DNA of 64,000 nt. It comes from Octopus bimaculoides. Lineage: Eukaryota. A program made the translations under genes and the position numbers. Each line of letters opens with the position of its first letter. Positions within the stretch are counted from its first letter, which is position 1. The DNA lies in the NCBI RefSeq assembly GCF_001194135.2, contig NC_068993.1, positions 27,977,908-28,041,907 on the forward strand. The letters run 5' to 3'. Below, in pieces: positions 58,440-64,000 of this stretch. The notes beneath the pieces are model-generated. The model saw nothing but the letters and a program-made list of their open reading frames with translations, ran no database searches and had not been told where the DNA came from.

Positions 58440-59060
58440 TTGAGTGTCATAACTCTTATTTTGATATTGTTCATAGCTCTTGAAAATGCAACATAATTGG
58501 CCATGAGAAAATACCAGTTAAGGTAAATGTATTCCAACTTTTTCAAATGTTTGCCCTAGAGCCTTCTTAATTGTCATTGAATATGAAAGTCGAAGTGGAA
58601 ACTGAAGTCTGTTTAGTGTGAATGGAATTTTTGCATTACTTGGGCTAAGTTTAATTCTGGGAATTAGAACTGTATGACCTCTGTTGGAGCTTGTTACCAA
58701 TGATGCTTCTACACAATGTTCATGAAGTTTTTGCACTTTCATGCAAGTTCCATTACATAATCCTTGACTGATTGAAAGATTTCTTAGCAGCATTACAATA
58801 GCCCCTACTTTTAAATTGAAGCGATGAGGAGGCATACCGGATGGAGTGAGTAAATTTATGAATTCAAATGGATAGTTCTGAACCTCCTTTTCATTATTGC
58901 AGGACACTGAATCTGTGCTTAAGTATGTTTTAAATGCCTTTGGTATAATATCAAGAAGTTTTTCATTTATTGCAAGACAGTCAGAATTTTTAGGAGATAA
59001 AATTACTCGTTTTTCTATTTCTTCTGGCATGCAGTTGTTGAAAATTTCTGGGTACAAATG
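58440..59060 (-). mobile_element. Helitron PIF1-like helicase C-terminal remnant
   Basis: ORF 58518-59057 reads ILSPKN...PSGMPPHRFNLKVGAIVMLLRNL...GLCNGT...LIPRIKL...RLQFPLRLSYSMTIKKALGQTFEKVGIHLP. It continues after a frameshift as VFSHGQL. Confidence 0.92.
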
Positions 59061-59881
59061 TATAAATTGAAATGCAAAAGAATAAAATAATAAATGGATT
59101 TATGAATGAAAGTTTAGTAACTGCATTATTGCAAACATATTTTAACTAACCTATACTATACACACACAAAAATACATTCATATATATATATGTCTCGAGT
59201 TGTAGCTGTAATTCAAAGGGGCCAGCCTTGTCGTATTCTGTGTGAGGCTGAATCTCCCTGAGAACTACATTAATGCTATGCATGTCTGTGGAGTACTCAG
59301 CCATTTGTGAGTTAATTTTATCCTCATGTGGTAATGAAAAGTGAAATTGACAGCCAATATTTGCTGTGTCTATGTATCTATGAACATTCCTTTGGATTTA
59401 TCTATCCACTGTCCCTCTCACTTCCTTTGTGTCACTCTTCTCTCCCGCTTTTGATTTAGCAATGTGTATATGTATCTATATATCTACTTCTCTTGTGATG
59501 TGATAAACATTTAAAAACACAAAACGAATGCTGTGACCACTCACTGTCTCTTTCACTCTTTCTCTTACGTCCTCTCTGAAATATAAAAAAATTCAAAATG
59601 AACGCCATCACCACCCACTGTCACTTTCACTCTCTCTCTCTCACTTTCTCTTACTTTCTCTGTCCTCCTCTCCCTTGCTTTGCCACTTCAAAGAAGTGTG
59701 ACTCACACAACAGGTATGTACAAAAACAAATCGTGCATTAATATTATAGATAATAACCTCAAATATATTTAAATAATTTTTATTCACTTCGATCACCTTT
59801 TTAAATTTGCTCCAGTGCCATGCAGTAGGACAGAACCCGGAACCATGTGGTTGAGAAAAATGCTTCTTATCATACAGTCAC

Positions 59882-60200
59882 AGTAATAATAATAATCCAT
59901 GGATAGAATTTATAAATATTTTAATGCACCACTATGCGTGTTTCCACAAATCACATATTGCTTATGACCATAGTCCATATTCCTGGGATGATTACAGTAC
60001 AGTCCAATAGAAAGAACAAATGTTAATACAATCATTGCTTCAACATTAATGCTATATTGCCTGAGGAAATGAATACATGAATTATGATCATCCCAGGAAT
60101 ACGGACTATGAGCATAAGAAATATGTGATTTGTGGACACACAAGTAGCAATGCATTAAAATATTTATAAATTCCATCCATGGATTATTATTGTTATTACT
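59882..60200. mobile_element. About 320-bp MITE/hairpin with about 110-bp arms
   Basis: aataatccatggat.gaatttataaatattttaatgca...tattcctgggatgat is inverted at 60087-60200. Confidence 0.85.
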
Positions 60201-61420
60201 ATATTTATCCTACATTATATTGGCACATCTCAGTACAACCCCATAAAACTGCTATTGCAAGTTGGTTTCATTAGCCGGCGTAATAAATTAGGAGCTTTTA
60301 TATATATGTATGCTCAAAAACATTTTCCATAAATGAATTTAAAGGATATATATATACATACACATATGCATATATACTTATACATACATGTATCAACTGG
60401 GTTAATTTAATCATCGCTCTCACTTCTTGCAAAACTGGCCTTAGATTAAGTAAAAAGAAATATTTAACTCTTTGAATTTCATAAAAAAGAGAAAAAATAT
60501 AGAGGGGAAACTCATCCATTGAAGAAAAATTTATACAGCTGCTGCACCTAGTAAAATAGTTAATACTGACACATTTGACAACCAGTCCATTATTAATAAA
60601 TGTCAGAGTTCCTACTGAAACATTTAAGTAGAAAAAAAAAAAGGAAATAAGTAAAAGCAGAAAAATTAATAGATTTATTAATGTATTTTCTAAAGTTCTT
60701 TTCATATGCTATTTATTTAACATCTGGTCATATTTAATTTGATTAACATATGGTTATAGTTATAACTAGGTTTGAGAAAAATGTATGTGTCTGTTTATTT
60801 TCATTCAGCACAGAAAAAGCTGAGGAAGGAGGCAATGATGATGGTGGTGGTGATAGTGATGATGTGAGGATAATAACGATGAAGATGGTAGTGGTGACAG
60901 AATTACTGCTCTTGTCCATCACTCGATCAACTGGGCTATGACAAAAACTAGCATATCTCAATAACTATGAAATAATGATGCAAGGTGGTGGTCAGAAAAG
61001 TAGTGGTGATGCTGATGGAGTATAATAAAAGTGATGTTGATAGTAGTGATGATATTAGTGGCAGTAGAGGTGATGGTGGTTGTGGTAATGATGATCACCA
61101 TAGTATGCACACATGTGTATGTGTGTGTGTTTAGTATGTCCTTATTTTTGCAGCACACATTTCAATTAAACAGAAATGTAGACAGCTATTTCTAGATGGT
61201 GTGGGGGACATTTCTGTCCCAGCAACCAGTAAGTGGCTAGTTCTGTGTTCTGTCATACCAACAACAACAACACTCAGGTGCACCCACTAATTAAGTAACT
61301 AATGACCATTTTAATTAATGTTAAATAACTTGGAATGGCATGGCTGCTTAATGGCACAGTAATTTCTCAAAATACTAGTTAATAGGATTTATTTCACAGA
61401 TTATTATGACACTACATATA

Positions 61421-61422
<2 letters not shown>

Positions 61423-61452
<30 letters not shown>
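61423..61452. repeat. (GT)n microsatellite
   Basis: Direct reading. Confidence 0.95.
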
Positions 61453-61456
<4 letters not shown>

Positions 61457-63000
61457 GGGTGTGTGTATATTATATATATACTATACTAAACACACACATC
61501 ACTAATTCCATAAATATGAAGTTTATGCCTTACTGATGAGATTATAATAAGACCCAAACATGACTGAAATAGCCTCCCATATGTGCTGAAAGTATTTAAA
61601 ATAATAATACAAGTTAATGAACTAATATTGTCTTTCTTCAACATAAAATGTGGTTGGATTTCTGTGTTGTCTTCCAAGAAAGTAGTAACTCTACATAAGA
61701 ATTTAGACTGTCAGAATCTGTCCAACACATGACAGCATAGAAAGCAGTTGTAAAATAACAATGAGTATGATGATGTAATAGTTTATAGCTCATAGCTACT
61801 CTCTCTTTTTCTCTCATCTGTTTATCTATAAATCATTATTACCATCATCATTATCTTAATATCCACTTTTTCGTGTGTTGGACAGAATTTGTTGAGGTGG
61901 ATTTTCTACAGTCAGCTGCCCTTCCTGTTACCTGTTTTCAAGTAAGATTACATTCCTCCATGCCAAAACAAGTTTTCATGAATTATTAGAAATTATTACA
62001 ACTACTGCACAAAGTCAAAGCAAGGAGACAATAACATATATGCATTCACAACACAAAGCATGCCTACAAGCATGTGCACATGCACACACATAAACACATA
62101 CATGTGCACACATACAAACACATGTGCATGCACACACACATGCATACATATGCATGCACTTATGACTTCAGTTAATAGCAATGATTGCTAAGTAACAACA
62201 GTCACTTCTGTACAGGTACTAACCTCTCCATGGTCATTCGACTTGAAAGAAATAGCAGGTAAATGTTTATTAAATCACAAATTACAGCTTAAAAAAATAG
62301 GAATTGACCTAGGGCCAAACAACAACAGCAGTATATACAGTTGAGGATACATTCAAAGGAAATCATATTGTCTCTTGTTACTTACCTGGAGGACATTTAT
62401 AAGTTGGTCCAAAGAAAGATTCTCCACTTCTTCGACAACATGAATTTTTTCCAAACTTATTACACCTTTCTTGGTACCCCTTTTCTGTATGTAGAAAGAA
62501 AGGAAAATGAATATGAATAAATGACGATTACACTGATCTAATTTATAGACAGTACCTACTGTAGAAACATTAGATAAACATGCTCTAGAACATGTTCATT
62601 AATCAATTTTTTGATTTGCTTCAGTTATTTGACTTTGGTCATGCTGGTATACTGCCTTCTATGAAAACATTTGGGGATTCCATAAGATAGGGTGTCTTTA
62701 AATCAAATATAAAAAATTTTCTCTCTAAAACAGTTGCTGGTGCACTTGATGTCTGATTAAAATAAGGGCAGTGACGTTTGTCTGTAAAATATAGGTAAGA
62801 GTAGTGGAATATAAGGAAACTATAATAAATTCCACACCAAAATAATTAGGGGAACAGCTTTTCTTAACCATCATAGATTACATTGATTCATTTATTCATT
62901 CTATGGGTTGATACTAATTTTACCAGCAACACAAGTGTAAAAAGGCAATGGGGATTACCCATGAGTTGAAATCACAATGTAAAGAGATATATAATCAATA

Positions 63001-64000
63001 TACGAGGTGTATTTATTAAAGATTTCCCCTGACCCACTTCTCAAAAATAAACAAAACTTAGCATAATTATTAGTCCTTCTCATCATAGCCACCACCAGTG
63101 GTGATACAGTTCTCCCATTGCTTTATGCAGGTATGAAGATCTTGTCTGTAAAAGTAGGTAGGTTGCATCTGATGAACTTATTTACCTCGGAAATAAGTTC
63201 ATCATCATCTGAAAAGTGCTTCCTCTTAAAAAAAGACTTCAGGGTTGGAAAGAGGTGGAAGTCAGACGGTGTGAGGTTGGGAGAGTTAGGAGGATGAGGA
63301 AGGATTTCATAGCTGCAGGAGTGTGATTTCATTTGGGCAACATGCACATTGTGAATGGGGTGTTGTCTTGGAGGAGTCGGACACCTTTGGACAGTATGCT
63401 ATGCCTCTCTGCTTTGATGGTGTTCTGCAATTTCTGCAGCAGAAAAGCATAATATTCCCCATTAATTGTGGTGCCCTTTGCCAGGAAATCAACCATCACT
63501 ACTCCGTGCTGGTACCAACTGTGAGCATCACCATTCCTCCTGAGGGTTGGACATGAACCTTCTTTGGAGGTGGTGAGTTATCATACTTCTATTGCTTCAA
63601 CTGGACTTTAGTTTCAGGATCATAGTGATGGACCCACATTTCATCCTGTGTGACAAGTCTACCCAAAAAAGTCCCCCTTGTTTTCTTGGCACATTGCCAA
63701 AAGAGCCTGGGAGAAACTGACTTGTTCCTGCTTCTGAAAAGGTATGAGCATCTGGGGAATCCATTGTTCAGACAACTTCTGCATGTGCAAATGGTCGTGA
63801 ATGGACCCTACATTTATCTTCACTTTTTGGGCTAGTTGCCAAATAGTTATGCAGTGATCCTCCAAAATTACAGTTTCCACTTTATCAATGGCAGAATGTG
63901 GTCATCCAAGAATAGGAGTAATTTCCACCGATGTCCGACCACATTTGAACTGGCAATGCCAGTGCCTGACTACATCGTATGATGGTGCATCATCACCATA
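63001..64000 (-). mobile_element. Mariner (DD34D-type) transposon remnant running off the window end
   Basis: Minus-strand pieces HPPNSPNLTPSDFHLFPTLK...F...E, EDHCITIWQLAQKV and LSEQWIPQML (WVPHEL-like). TIR-like ta-cgaggtgt at 63001. Confidence 0.9.

Noticed and set aside
61530-61570. Possible hammerhead ribozyme (ctgatgag...)
   Set aside because: The required GAAA after stem II is CAAA, and no convincing stems I and III or cleavage triplet were found.

Overview
AT-rich eukaryotic genomic DNA with assembly N-gaps. It is most consistent with an octopod cephalopod; this is inferred from the repeat families, abundant (TA)n/(CA)n tracts and clustered finger-only C2H2 genes. The window holds five intact single-coding-exon poly-C2H2 zinc-finger genes: ZNF-A 1255-2817(+), ZNF-B 9981-11537(+), ZNF-C 22503-23786(-), ZNF-D 36389-37696(-) and ZNF-E 46662-47882(+). 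They carry 13-18 fingers each, with no recognisable KRAB, SCAN or BTB domain. A and B are close paralogues. The genes sit in a dense transposon graveyard: three tRNA-derived SINE families, RTE, CR1-like, Tx1/L1 and Penelope-like retroelement remnants, mariner, maT-like, MULE and Helitron remnants, and many MITE/foldback elements. Main observations: (1) all five ZNF coding exons begin at a homologous TATTTCAG acceptor followed by tiny upstream ORFs; (2) ETS (CCGGAAGT) motifs mark candidate promoters of three genes; (3) a CR1-like LINE tail and a SINE tail share a stem-loop with a compensatory base-pair change; (4) a PHD-like finger is inserted inside an RTE reverse transcriptase; (5) a 25-nt recognition-helix segment is identical between two otherwise diverged ZNF genes; (6) long hairpins are frequent around the ZNF genes, including a 600-bp foldback with a perfect 34-bp core. 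All alignments and counts were done by eye.
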